Made by a program: the position numbers and the translations under genes. A stretch of DNA of 63,699 bases, the filler included, from Chrysochromulina tobinii (taxonomy: Eukaryota), in NCBI GenBank assembly GCA_001275005.1. It is 7 parts of 7 records of this genome, joined end to end, with 100 filler letters (N's around TTAATTAATTAA, not from the genome) between each part and the next. Parts side by side here need not be neighbours in the genome. Positions count along the whole stretch, not along the records: positions 29,455 to 38,782 come from JWZX01001287.1; positions 38,883 to 45,498 come from JWZX01001288.1; positions 45,599 to 61,866 come from JWZX01001290.1; 4 more parts are not named here. The stretch is one strand, 5' to 3'. The notes under the pieces were generated by a model. That model searched no databases, was not told the DNA's origin, and was given only the letters and a program-made list of their open reading frames with translations. Positions 35,588 to 45,799 of the stretch are shown here, piece by piece. How positions within the stretch are numbered: position 1 is the stretch's first letter; each line of letters opens with the position of its first letter.

Positions 35588-36595
35588 ATGGCCGGGGCGG
35601 CAGCAATTCCAGCGGTGCTGGACGCGCTGCAGCTCGACGAGGAGCTCGAGGCGCTGCTGTACGCGCGCTGCGAGGCCGTCTGCAGGCATGCTGGCGGCAA
35701 GGTTGTCAATCGCTTCGAGCCAGAGCTGCGCGCAGTGCTACGCGCGGCGCTCTGGTACCTCTCCACTGTCAGCGGTGAGGCGACGCCGGCACAGCAGCTG
35801 CTCAACATGCACCGAGTGGCGGGTGCTGCGCTTCCTCGCGCGCTGCTCCAGAGAGGGCCTGCCCTCGAGCCGGCCAACTCGGAGGTCTATGGCCGAACGC
35901 TGCTTCGCGTGCCGCGCCGTAGCAGCGTGATCTACGGCGTGCTCACTGTGCTGCTGCCGTGGGCTTGGGCGCGGATTTCGCAACTGGGCATCGACCATCC
36001 CGAGCGGCTGCGATGGCTCCGATGGATGCGCTTTGCTGAGGGCTGGACGACCCTCGCGTCCGTGCTCGTCTCGGCCCATTTCGACGTCAGGGGGCGCTGG
36101 CCCACTCTACCGATGGCGCTCGTGGGCATGCAACTCGTGTACACGCTGCCCAACAGGCCGTACGTGCCAAACTTGGAGTTCGCGTTGCAGCAGCGTATCT
36201 GGCGAGAGATGGCCGACGTGGCAGTCGCAGCGCGCGCGCTCTACCATTCGCGTGGTCGCCTCGTCGGCGCTGCGGCCGTGCGGGTGGCCCATTCCGCCGC
36301 TGCGCCTCCCGGCCCTCTGACCCGCTGTGTCCGGGCGGCGGCTGGGCGGTTAGGGCTGCTGGCGCCGACCGAAGAGGACGATCCGGACGATGCCATCGAC
36401 GCCGAGCGTCAGGGCTGCGTCTTCTGCGCTGCCCATCCGGCAAATACGCCGACGCCAGCCCCCTGCGGTCACATGTGCTGCTACTTTTGCGTCAGCGTGG
36501 CCCGGATGGCGAGCGCGCGCGCCACGTGCCCGCGCTGCAAGGTGTCGCTGCATGCCAGCCCGAGCACGCAGCGGGCAGTGCGGGTGATTGAGTGA
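35588..36595 (+). CDS. PEX2: Peroxin-2 (Pex2/Pex12 N-domain plus C3HC4 RING)
   Basis: LDALQLDEEL, FEPEL, TPAQQLLN, GRWPTL, C-terminal CVFC...PCGHMCCYFC...CPRC. Confidence 0.8.
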   Translation: MAGAAAIPAVLDALQLDEELEALLYARCEAVCRHAGGKVVNRFEPELRAVLRAALWYLSTVSGEATPAQQLLNMHRVAGAALPRALLQRGPALEPANSEVYGRTLLRVPRRSSVIYGVLTVLLPWAWARISQLGIDHPERLRWLRWMRFAEGWTTLASVLVSAHFDVRGRWPTLPMALVGMQLVYTLPNRPYVPNLEFALQQRIWREMADVAVAARALYHSRGRLVGAAAVRVAHSAAAPPGPLTRCVRAAAGRLGLLAPTEEDDPDDAIDAERQGCVFCAAHPANTPTPAPCGHMCCYFCVSVARMASARATCPRCKVSLHASPSTQRAVRVIE

Positions 36596-36822
36596 TAGAT
36601 CGATTTGTTCTTTAATCTTCAGAAATTGACACAGATTGATTTTGGGGGGATGAAAATCAATGACACTCTGCACGCTCGCGCGCGCGTTAGCGGTGGTCGG
36701 CGCCGGTCGTGTGACATGGTGTGAACTTGAACTTGAACTTGTTTGCGGAATCAAATTGTCTCGGAGGTCATCGGAATCTCCTGCACACGGTCGCCGTCAT
36801 CGCGGTGCAGACCCCACCGAGA

Positions 36823-37554
36823 ATGGCGACCGCGGTGCGACCTCTCAATGGCGACCTGCCCAGCCGCCATCTAGTGGTTAGAAATGCTGACGGCTCTGCA
36901 AGAATTTGTTCGGCTGATCTACCAGGTTTAAAGGGCTACTCGAGCCAAGGCCAGCAGGATAGGCCACGCGAGGCTTGGAATCAGGTCACCGTTTCCTGCG
37001 GTGCTGGCACTCAGGCCACCGTTTCCTGCGGTGCTGGCACACAGGCACAATTCACTGCGATCACGGGCCTTATCTTCCCGAGCGAAGAAGGGACACCACT
37101 TCAGGACGCGTGGTCCTCGTCGTCAGCGGCCAGCAGCAGCTGCGCCTCCGACCTCGACCGCCTCGACAGTGCGCCGTATCAGCCGCCTCAGCCTCTGGCG
37201 AGCTCCTCGATCTTGCCGCCGCCGCAGCAGCCTGCATGCCCTTGGCCCAGCCGCGTGCCATCGCCGCCCCTGTGCGCCGCACAGCGAGCGCCGTCAGGAC
37301 CTCCCTCCACCGCCGCCGCAGCTACCGCCGCTGCGGGTTCGATTCAGGACACCGTTGGCCCCGTCGGTCTCGAAAGCACAGTCCCTGTGGGCGCGTCAGA
37401 GGCTCCCTCCGCACCGCCGGCCTGCACCGGTATCTTGAGCGAAGTTCCGAGGTTCCCCTCGTCGGCCGAGATGCTGTTCCGACGAGCCTCGGGTCCCTTT
37501 ACCGGCTACCCAGTCGTGAGGAGGGCACGCAGCTCGTGGCAAACGAACCGCTGA
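36823..37554 (+). CDS. Hypothetical Ser/Pro/Ala-rich protein
   Basis: ORF only; contains a 27-bp tandem duplication (QxTVSCGAGT twice). Confidence 0.3.
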   Translation: MATAVRPLNGDLPSRHLVVRNADGSARICSADLPGLKGYSSQGQQDRPREAWNQVTVSCGAGTQATVSCGAGTQAQFTAITGLIFPSEEGTPLQDAWSSSSAASSSCASDLDRLDSAPYQPPQPLASSSILPPPQQPACPWPSRVPSPPLCAAQRAPSGPPSTAAAATAAAGSIQDTVGPVGLESTVPVGASEAPSAPPACTGILSEVPRFPSSAEMLFRRASGPFTGYPVVRRARSSWQTNR

Positions 37555-38064
37555 GAGCGGAAGGAGACGAGTGCTGCTGAGGAGAGGAAGCTTGTGAACT
37601 CAGCAGCCGCAGCGCCGATCGCGGCGGCACATGGCGAAGTATCTTCCTCCAGCGCGCGGCGTACGCTGCGCCGTAAGGGTAAGCGGTGAAGTGTTAGTGT
37701 ATGGCTCAGTACACATCGTTAAAGTAAGAACGTCACACCATACACCTGCACGTCCAACACGTCTCTCTTCTGTTGCTGCCATGCCATGCTGACACCTTGG
37801 CCCGGTCGAATCGGCCATCGTGAACGCAACCTCGCGCCGCCGCGAGAAGCGAACGCTCCGCTCCCCTGCTATTCGTCGAATTTCCTTCAAACTGTTCATC
37901 TGCTCCGCCCGTTCAACGCCGGCGAGTCCTGGTCCAACGGCATCGCGTCGAAATCGCGGCCATGCGATGCCAGCGGAAAGCGCAAGGCGACCACCACGGC
38001 GGCGCCCACACAGCCAGGAGGAGGAGGAGGCACGGCTTTACATGTAGGAGTCTCAGACCCGATC

Positions 38065-38782
38065 TCAGAGCATCGCTGCGGGCGGGGCGCTCCGGCTGCG
38101 CTGCAGGCATGCAAAGGGCACGATGGGCACCACCAGGAGCGTGCTAAATGCGAGCGGCAGCGCCATCCAAATTAGGGTTGTCGGCACCGCGCCGAGCGCC
38201 GTGCTGAGCAGCTGCGCCAGCGCCGTGCCGAGCGGCACGAGGGCCCACAGGGCTGAGAGGACGAAGGGCAGCCCAGCCAGTCCGAAGACGCTTGAAGTCT
38301 CGCTCAGCAGCAGGGAGAACAGCCCGCCCGACAACGCACCTGCCGCCACGCCCAGCACGAGGAGCACCGCCAAAGGGGCGAAACCGTCCGCCGCGCCACC
38401 TCCCGCACTGCCGCCCGCGCCCTCGAGGAGCGGCTCCAGGGTGCATTCGCCGGCGAGGCGGCGGTCGTTCATGTTCCCGAAGTGAAGCATTATGTGTACG
38501 GTGGGCATGCATTGGTGGCATGTCTCTTTGCATGCATTGAGCAGTGCCATCTGCTCCTCGGGCGTGAAGGCCCATTGAGACGTTGCCTCGCTGCAGTTGA
38601 AGAGGGCCCAAGCGGCGCACGAGTGGCCGTACGCATCCAGAAAGTGGTGATCGTCCTCACAGACCTCGGGGGGCGAGATCACGGCCTCGGGGAGCGAGAT
38701 CACGGTGGCCGGCGCGGGCGCCAGAGGCGGCGCAGGCGCCCGCGCCCGTGCCGTCGCTGCCACCGCTGCCGCCATCCGCGTC
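38065..38782 (-). CDS. Partial membrane protein with a Cys-rich module and several TM helices (5' truncated)
   Basis: CEDDHHFLDAYGHSCAAW..C...CKETC, followed by 3-4 hydrophobic segments. Confidence 0.45.
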
Positions 38783-39256
38783 NNNNNNNNNNNNNNNNNN
38801 NNNNNNNNNNNNNNNNNNNNNNNNNNTTAATTAATTAANNNNNNNNNNNNNNNNNNNNNNNNNNNNNNNNNNNNNNNNNNNNACGCTGCGTGCGCACCGA
38901 TCTATGCTCGGGGCATAACCTCCGCCGGAGCGTGCTCCTTGTTAGGCTTGATGAGCTGCACCGATAGATATGGATACTCCCCTCAACCCTATCCGCTCCT
39001 GCCCGACGTCCGAGCAACGCCGAGCTCGCCAAATCTGCCACTCGCGCCCCAGTCCTATTTTGTCTAAAAAGCGCGGGGCCCATTGGGTGATAAAAGGCCA
39101 AACACCGTCTGATAAGAAAAGGGTGAGCGCGGTTTGTCGTGACTGTGGATAGGGACGGAGATATTAAATGACTTAGCTATCCGTACGATATAGTACTTCC
39201 TGTTTTCACACGCACCTCGTCTCCCAGTCTACATGCCGATGCGCGACGGTAGCGTG

Positions 39257-39994
39257 TCAGTGCCGCCCCGCCCCGCCACCTCCGTGCCAAGCGCCGTTGA
39301 GCGTCACCGCAGCAAACGTCTCTCCCAGAGCCTGCACCCCAGGTGCACCTCCCAGTCGCCGTTGGGTCAAACGTTGCCGTAGCCGCAGCAAAATGGACAG
39401 GCATAGGACAATGAGGCCGCACGCGGTGATCGGGTGACGGCGCACGCGCGACTGCGCCTCCTGCATCGTGCTCATGCTGCTCTCTCCGAACTCAAGCGAC
39501 TGGCGGCACAGGCGCGACGTGAGCTGGCGGGCATCGCCGTACAAGGCGCGCACGCGCTCGATGAGCCCGACCAGCGAGGTGAGGAAGTGCTGCAGGACCT
39601 CGAAGTTCATCTCGAGCATCTGCGTGATGCGCCCCACTGAGAAGAGAAGCTGCTCTAATTGCCGCAGGCCCGGCGGCATCATGTCCTTGTCCGGATCTGC
39701 CCCTAAGGCGCCAAACGGGCCGCCGATGCCGCCGCCGTAGAAGCCACCGCCCAGGCGTGACATCCCGCCATAGGCGCCCCCGTAGCCTCCGATCCCTGCG
39801 CCGTAGCCGCCATAGCCGGCGCCGTAGCCGCTGCCGTAACTGCTTCCGTAGCGATTGGCGTAGCCCCCGCCAAGGAAGTTCGAGCTGGTGGGCCCGCTCG
39901 TCGCGGCACCGCCTGAGGTCGTAGATGGCATATTCGTGTTCGCCGTGGACCCCGCTGGACCGGCAACGGCTTCCCACGGTTTGGGGCGCGACAT
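39257..39994 (-). CDS. PEX13: Peroxin-13-like protein (plant-type, no SH3)
   Basis: N-terminal PKPWE, YG-rich tract, VGRITQMLEMNFEVLQHFLTSLVGLIER helix, C-terminal hydrophobic segment. Confidence 0.75.
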   Translation of the reverse strand: MSRPKPWEAVAGPAGSTANTNMPSTTSGGAATSGPTSSNFLGGGYANRYGSSYGSGYGAGYGGYGAGIGGYGGAYGGMSRLGGGFYGGGIGGPFGALGADPDKDMMPPGLRQLEQLLFSVGRITQMLEMNFEVLQHFLTSLVGLIERVRALYGDARQLTSRLCRQSLEFGESSMSTMQEAQSRVRRHPITACGLIVLCLSILLRLRQRLTQRRLGGAPGVQALGETFAAVTLNGAWHGGGGAGRH

Positions 39995-40255
39995 GGAGGC
40001 AGGGATGCTCTTCGTGCCCTCGCGCAACCCTTGTGGGCTTCGCGGTTTCGCCACTGATGAGGTCGCAATCAAACCGTGCACGATCTTCGGAGCCTCACCG
40101 TCGACTTTCTTCTTCACACTCATCATTTTGGGAAGGTCCACTAATTGCGTGGGCACTCAGGCCTTTGCGCGTGTACCAGGACCAGAACCACACCCGAGCA
40201 CACGAGCCACTCACGAGCACACGAGAAGCGCGCGCATTCATCCGCATTCCGCCCC

Positions 40256-41715
40256 ATGCCGCAGCGCCACACGCCTCGGTCGGCCGTCGAGTCGCACTAC
40301 GACGGCCAGGCCAACCTGAGCATCCCGCGCGGCGCCTACATGCAGCAGCGCAAGAGTGGCCCGCTCATCAAGTACAAGGAGTTTGCCAACAGTGTGAAGC
40401 GGCGCATGTTCGCAGAGTACGCGCAAGGCGTGAGCTCACTCGTTGACCTTGGCTGCGGGCGCGGCGGTGACATTAGTAAATGGCGCGACGCGGGCGCCCA
40501 GAACGTAATCGCCATGGACCTGTCAGCCGCGCAGCTCGAGGACGCCCGTCATCGCGAGAAGTCGGGACACGGCGCTGGCAAGGGCGGCGGCAAGGGTGGT
40601 GGCAAGGGCGGCAGCAGAGGCGGCGCTGGCGCCGGCGGCGATGACGAATCAACCAAGATCGTCTGGATTCAGGGCTCCCTCCTCGACGCACAGCTTGGAG
40701 CCAAGCTGCGCCCTAAGCTGCCCGACCCTACGGCTGGCGCCGACGCCGTTGCGATCATGTTTGCGGTGCAGTTCGCCTTCGACTCCCGTGAGCATGCTGA
40801 CGCCCTGCTGCGTACTATCTCGCAACTGCTCCGTCCCGGCGGCGTCTTCTTTGGCACCGCCCCCGATGGCGACGCCGTCCGTGCTCAACTCGGCGCGAGC
40901 GACGAGTTCCATCTCGCGCCCCCGGAGCATCCGTTTGCATTGCTGCTCCGCATGCTCCCTAAGCCAGCGCCGCCCGATGGCAGCGGCGGCAGCGGCAGCG
41001 GCGGCGGCGACGGCGGCAGCGGCGGCGGTGAGAGCGCGGGCTCAGCCGTCGAGTTTGGGCAGCCTCTGATCTTTTCTCTCGAGGATACAGTCACAAACGG
41101 CACGGACGCGAGCGGCTGCATCGAGTTCCTCTGCCATCGCGCGGCGCTCACGCAGCTCGCCGCAGCTCACGATCTCCACCCGATCGAGATGTGCTCTCTG
41201 GCTGACGCGCGCAAGGCGCATGGGTACCATAGCGGAGCACTCACCGAGGCAGAGCGTCAGGTGGCCTCTCCGCTGATGACCACTGATGACCGCTGATGAC
41301 TGCTGACGACCTCTGATGACCGCTGATGACCTCTGATGACCGCTGATGACCGCTGATGACCGCTGATGACCGCTGATGACCTCTGATGACCACTGATGAC
41401 CACTGATGACCACTGATGACCTCTGATGACCTCTGATGACCTCTGATGACCTCTGATGACCTCTGATGACCTCTGATGACCACTGATGACCACTGATGAC
41501 CACTGATGACCGCTGATGACTGCTGACGACCTCTGATGACCGCTGATGACCTCTGATGACCGCTGATGACCGCTGATGACCGCTGATGACCGCTGATGAC
41601 CGCTGATGACCGCTGATGACCTCTGATGACCTCTGATAACTTCTCGAGCGGCAGGTGGCCTCTCTCTACTTTGCATTCGCCTTCCGGAAGGGCAGCGCCG
41701 AGGGAGGGGCGCCGA

Positions 41716-41758
<43 letters not shown>

Positions 41759-43889
41759 CTGCCGTGTGGGCGTCTACTTTGGCTCATTTGATCCCATACA
41801 CGAGAACCACGTGGCAGTCGCGCAGCACGCGCAGCACGCGCACGGCATGCGCTTTGTGTACCTCGTCAGCAACGCCGACAATCCACGGAAGCCCTTTGTG
41901 TCGGCGCTTAGCGCGCGTGCCAAGCTGATCGATGTGCGGCTCGCCCAACCCGACCTCTGATGACCTCTGATGACCTCTGATGACCTCTGATGACCTCTGA
42001 GGACCTCTGAGGACCTCTGAGGACCTCTGATGACCTCTGATTGCCTTGCTCATCAGGTGCGGCTCGCCCAAGACGACTGCCTGGGCTTGCGCCGCTTTGA
42101 GACGCGGGAGCATCAGAGGCTGGACTGGCGTGGGCGTGACGAGGTGTGCCGAGACATCCTCCAGCAGGTCAGCGAGGAGCTGCGTCGCGAAGGGGTCGAT
42201 GCGCAACGGGCGGGCGGCAGAGGTGACGGCGGCGGCGGAGGTGATGGCGGCGGCGGCGGCGGCCCCCCTCGCACCACTCCCGTGCGAATCTTTCAGCTCA
42301 TGGGTCAGGATTCCTTCGAGGACGCTGGAGGTGTGGAGGCCTTCCACAACCCAAGAACACGAGAATACATGCAAGGCCGAACGATACTCCTCTTCCCGCG
42401 CACAACCGCGCCCTCACCGATACGCGTGTCGCCGGAACTCTCGAGGTCCGGCCTGGACGTGCAGGTGGCTGCGGGCTATCGTGACCCTGTGCCCGTGCTC
42501 TCCTCGACGAGGTTACGAGCGCAGCTGACCGCCCTGTGTCGCGGCGCCCAGATCGGCGCGCCGCCCGAGGGGATTCACGAGAGCGTCTGGCGCCTTGCGG
42601 TTGCTCGCCGGCTGTACGCGCCACTCGCCCCGTCAGCTCGCCGCGTGCTCATTGGCGTCCTCGGCGCGCCCGGCAGCGGCAAGACGACGCTCTGCAGCGC
42701 GATGGCGCAACGATTTTGCGGCGTGCGCCACCTTTCGGGCGGCGACTTCCACAGAGCCGCTTGCGACGTCTTGGGCGAGCGGTACGGCGAAGGGCGCTCG
42801 TTACAGCGCGTTGCGCGCCGTGATGGGCCGATTGAGGACGAGCTCTCCCATTTCGTCTACAGCTGCCAGGTGGAGGCGCTTCGTCAACTCGCAACGGCGG
42901 GGTACGAGGTGGTGCTGATCGACGTCAAGGACGTGTCGCAGCTCTTGATCCTTGAGTCCGCTTGCTTGAGCGCGTTTGAGAGCGTGCCGCCCCCACCGCC
43001 GTCAGCGCCACCATCGCCTGACTTGACGAAATCGGCACCAAGCTCTTCGACCCCGCCCAACACGGCGCCCATCGCGCGCCCGATCGCCTTCGACGCAGTA
43101 CTCGTTCTCAATTGCGCACGAGCGACCCTCCTCGATCGCCTCAAGGGGCGCGGCGAAAGAGAGGGCGACTGGTATGGCGAGGAGAAGAGGCTGGACAAGT
43201 GGTTCGGCGGCGACATGGGCGTGCGCGCGGATCAGCTTGCGTCGTACACGAGCGCGCGCGCGCTCACGAAGGTGAGGACCTCTGAAGACCTCTGATGGCC
43301 TCTGAAGACCTCTGATGGCCTCTGATGACCTCTGATGGCCTCTGATGACCTCTGATGAGCTCTGATTGCCTCCCTCATCAAGGTGATGGCCCTCGAGGGC
43401 GAGCAGCTGCTGCCGGCGCTCCTCGCGCAAGTCGAGGCCACGCTCACAGAGTGCGCGCGTGCCAAGGGGCTGACGCTACGCCCCCACGACGACGAAGGCA
43501 CCAAAGAAAGCGGCACATCCGACAGCGGAAGCGCCGTATCGAGCGCCGTATCGAGCGCCGTTTCGAGCGCCGACCACGCCTTCCGACGCCATGTGGTGAG
43601 CGTTACGTGGGACACGGGCGGATTCGATCGCTTCAGAGAATCGAGATGGGAGCCGCCGCCGCCGCCGCCTTTGCCGCCGCCCTTGCCGCCGCCGCCGCCG
43701 TCCTTGCCGTCGCCGCAGAGCGCCAAGGGTGGGGATGGCATGGGAAAGGGAAGGAAGGGCGCCGCCTCAGGCAGCGACGCCAAAGGGAGAGGCGGTGGCA
43801 AGCGCGGCGGAGGAAGTGAGGGCGGACGCGGCTCCAGCGTCTCGTCAAGCCGTTCTGATACTGCTGGCAGCTGGCGGCGAGAGGGGTGA
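40256..43889 (+). CDS. Fusion: mRNA cap guanine-N7 methyltransferase + NadD/NMNAT-like nucleotidyltransferase + NMP kinase; exons 40256-41260, 41655-41933, 42057-43271, 43383-43889; about 1001 aa
   Basis: MTase: HYD, FANSVK, LVDLGCGRGGDISKW, MFAVQFAF, GGVFFGT, SLYFAFAFRK. NTase: YFGSFDPIHENH, LMGQDS, LSSTRLR. Kinase: VLGAPGSGKTT, HLSGGDF. Three phase-0 GT-AG introns. Confidence 0.8.
41270..41640 (+). repeat. Intronic 10-nt tandem array (CTGATGACCN), about 37 units
   Basis: Fills intron 41261-41654. Related arrays at 41953-42040, 43277-43367, 46284-46349, 47100-47250, 47778-47925 and 48533-48640 (11-nt GCATGCTGAGT). Confidence 0.95.
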
Positions 43890-44970
43890 CCACGCAACAA
43901 CAACAGCAGCGACAACTCGCTCAGTTGGCTGACCGTCGCTGGACGCGGCAGCCCGTGCACCACCGATGCTCGAAAACGTCGGAAGCGAGCAATACGCTCC
44001 TCGAGCAGCGGCGACGTGCGCGGCGAGGCACGGTTTCTCGGTGGCGGTCGTGGTCGCGGAGGCGGCGGTGGCCGCGGCAGTGGCAGCTTCGAGACGACCA
44101 CCAGCGAGTCGATGGGCGTCGATCTCGGCTTGAATCTCGGCTTGAATCTCGGCTTGAATCTCGGCTTGAATCTCGGCTTGAATCTCGGCTTGAATCTCGG
44201 CTTGAATCTCGGCTCGTTGGGCGGCGGCAAGAGCGCCAAGGGTGGGGGTGGCATGGGAAGGGGAGGGAAGGGCACCGCTTCAGGCAGCGACGCCAAAGGG
44301 GGGGGCGGTGGCAAGTGCGGCGGAGGAAGTAAGGGCGGACGCGGCTCCAGCGTCTCGTCAAGCCGTTCTGATACTGCTGGCGGCTGGCGGCGAGAGGGGT
44401 GACCACGCAACCACAACAACAACAGCGACAACTCGCTCAGTTGGTTGACCGTCCGCGGGACGCGGCAGCCCGTCGCTCGACAACGTGCGTAAACTAACTT
44501 GAGGCCGCGCTCGTACGAGGGGGGAGCGCGATCTGTCGGCGTTGCGAGTGTCCAACATACCGAAAAGGTCGTATCGCTCTAGTAACGGTACACATTACCG
44601 TCGAGCATGCCCCCGTCGACTTCCGTCGACGACCCATCGCGAGCAACTCGTTATATATAACAGTTGCCGTCTCGCCAGGCCACCCGCCCTCCTGCTCCTC
44701 GTCCGCACGTCCGCCACGACACGACCCGCACACCATGACGCCGCCAGCCACTCCGGACCTCCGCCGCGCTTGCCACCGCCTCCCCCTTTGGCGTCGCTGC
44801 CTGAGGCGGTGCCCTTCCTTCCCTTTCCCATGCCATCCCCACCCTTGGCGCTCTTGCCGCCGCCCAACGAGCCGACCGGCCACCGCCGCCGCCTCCGCGA
44901 CCACGACGCGCCACAGAGGAACCGTGCCTCGCCCGGCGCACGTCGCCGCTGCTCGAGGAGCGTATTGCTC
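43717..44970. repeat. Local segmental repeat: two direct copies plus one inverted partial copy, with a 12-nt array
   Basis: About 43719-43950 is repeated at about 44231-44470. An inverted mosaic copy lies at about 44758-44970. (ATCTCGGCTTGA) repeats 7-8 times at 44122-44213. Confidence 0.8.
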
Positions 44971-45084
44971 GCTCCCAACCGCCGATACGAGATGGTTAAT
45001 GTACCCCGTTGTCCCTCCTACGAAACCCTCACCTCAGACACCGCGCTCACAAATACAGCATAACCACTCCCCCCCTTTCTTCGC

Positions 45085-45366
45085 TCAGCGAGCCAACAGG
45101 GCAAAGTGAAGGTAGGTGGAGGTGACCGTGTCGGAGCGGATCTCGGGGTTCTCGAGATCGCAGATGCTCACTGTGAACTTGATCTGCTTGCCATCGTCGG
45201 CGAGGTAAGTGTTTGCGATCGCAATGGCCTTGACCGCAATGAGCACGGGGACGGGTCCCTTGGTGGTGCATGCGACCTGATCACCGTCGCGGATGCGCTG
45301 GGCCATGGCACCGGCCAGCTTGTACGGGTCCGTCGTGGCCTTGCACGCAAGATCAGTCTCCGAGGG
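45085..45366 (-). CDS. SpoVS-like (Alba-fold) protein, last exon only
   Basis: ATTDPYKLAGAMAQRIR...KGPVPVLIAVKAIAIANTYL resembles SpoVS (SNPNSVAGALA...GAGALNQAVKAVAIARGF). Preceded by a pyrimidine-rich CTGCAG acceptor. Confidence 0.7.
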   Translation of the reverse strand, partial: PSETDLACKATTDPYKLAGAMAQRIRDGDQVACTTKGPVPVLIAVKAIAIANTYLADDGKQIKFTVSICDLENPEIRSDTVTSTYLHFALLAR

Positions 45367-45799
45367 CTGCAGGCAGGTGGAGAGCGCCAAAGGAACGTGA
45401 GTAAGCCATTCGAGGAGAACGGAGTGCATATGGAGTGGATTGGGGTGGAGGGGGGGAGGGGGGAGGGAAGGGGGGGGGAAGGGGGGGCGGCGGAGGGCNN
45501 NNNNNNNNNNNNNNNNNNNNNNNNNNNNNNNNNNNNNNNNNNTTAATTAATTAANNNNNNNNNNNNNNNNNNNNNNNNNNNNNNNNNNNNNNNNNNNNCA
45601 GAGCGAGACGAGGAGCGCGCGACCTTTTCGCGGACCCCACCCCACCCCACCCCACCAGGGGGTCAGGACTTATGACAACCACTGTACATGATTGATGAAA
45701 TGTACTGAAGTTGATCCAAAAAAGGGAGCAAACTTTTCTCTCCGACGCCAAGCGCTCGGGTCGCCATCATCAGTAAGGAGGCCTTTGGGGGTACTCGAT

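Noticed and set aside
38060..38070. TGA read-through or selenocysteine at ORF ends
   Set aside because: No selenoprotein family context and no recognisable SECIS. In-frame TGAs elsewhere are explained by introns.
35588..39994. Apparent peroxin cluster PEX2 + PEX13
   Set aside because: The two genes lie on different contigs, separated by the spacer at 38783-38882.
41270..41640. CRISPR-like or telomeric array
   Set aside because: Head-to-tail 10-mers with no unique spacers and no cas genes. The array is bounded by GT-AG inside a gene and is not a telomere-type repeat.
41042..41787. Minus-strand ORFs encoding SSEVIRGHQR repeats
   Set aside because: These are antisense translations of the intronic 10-mer array.
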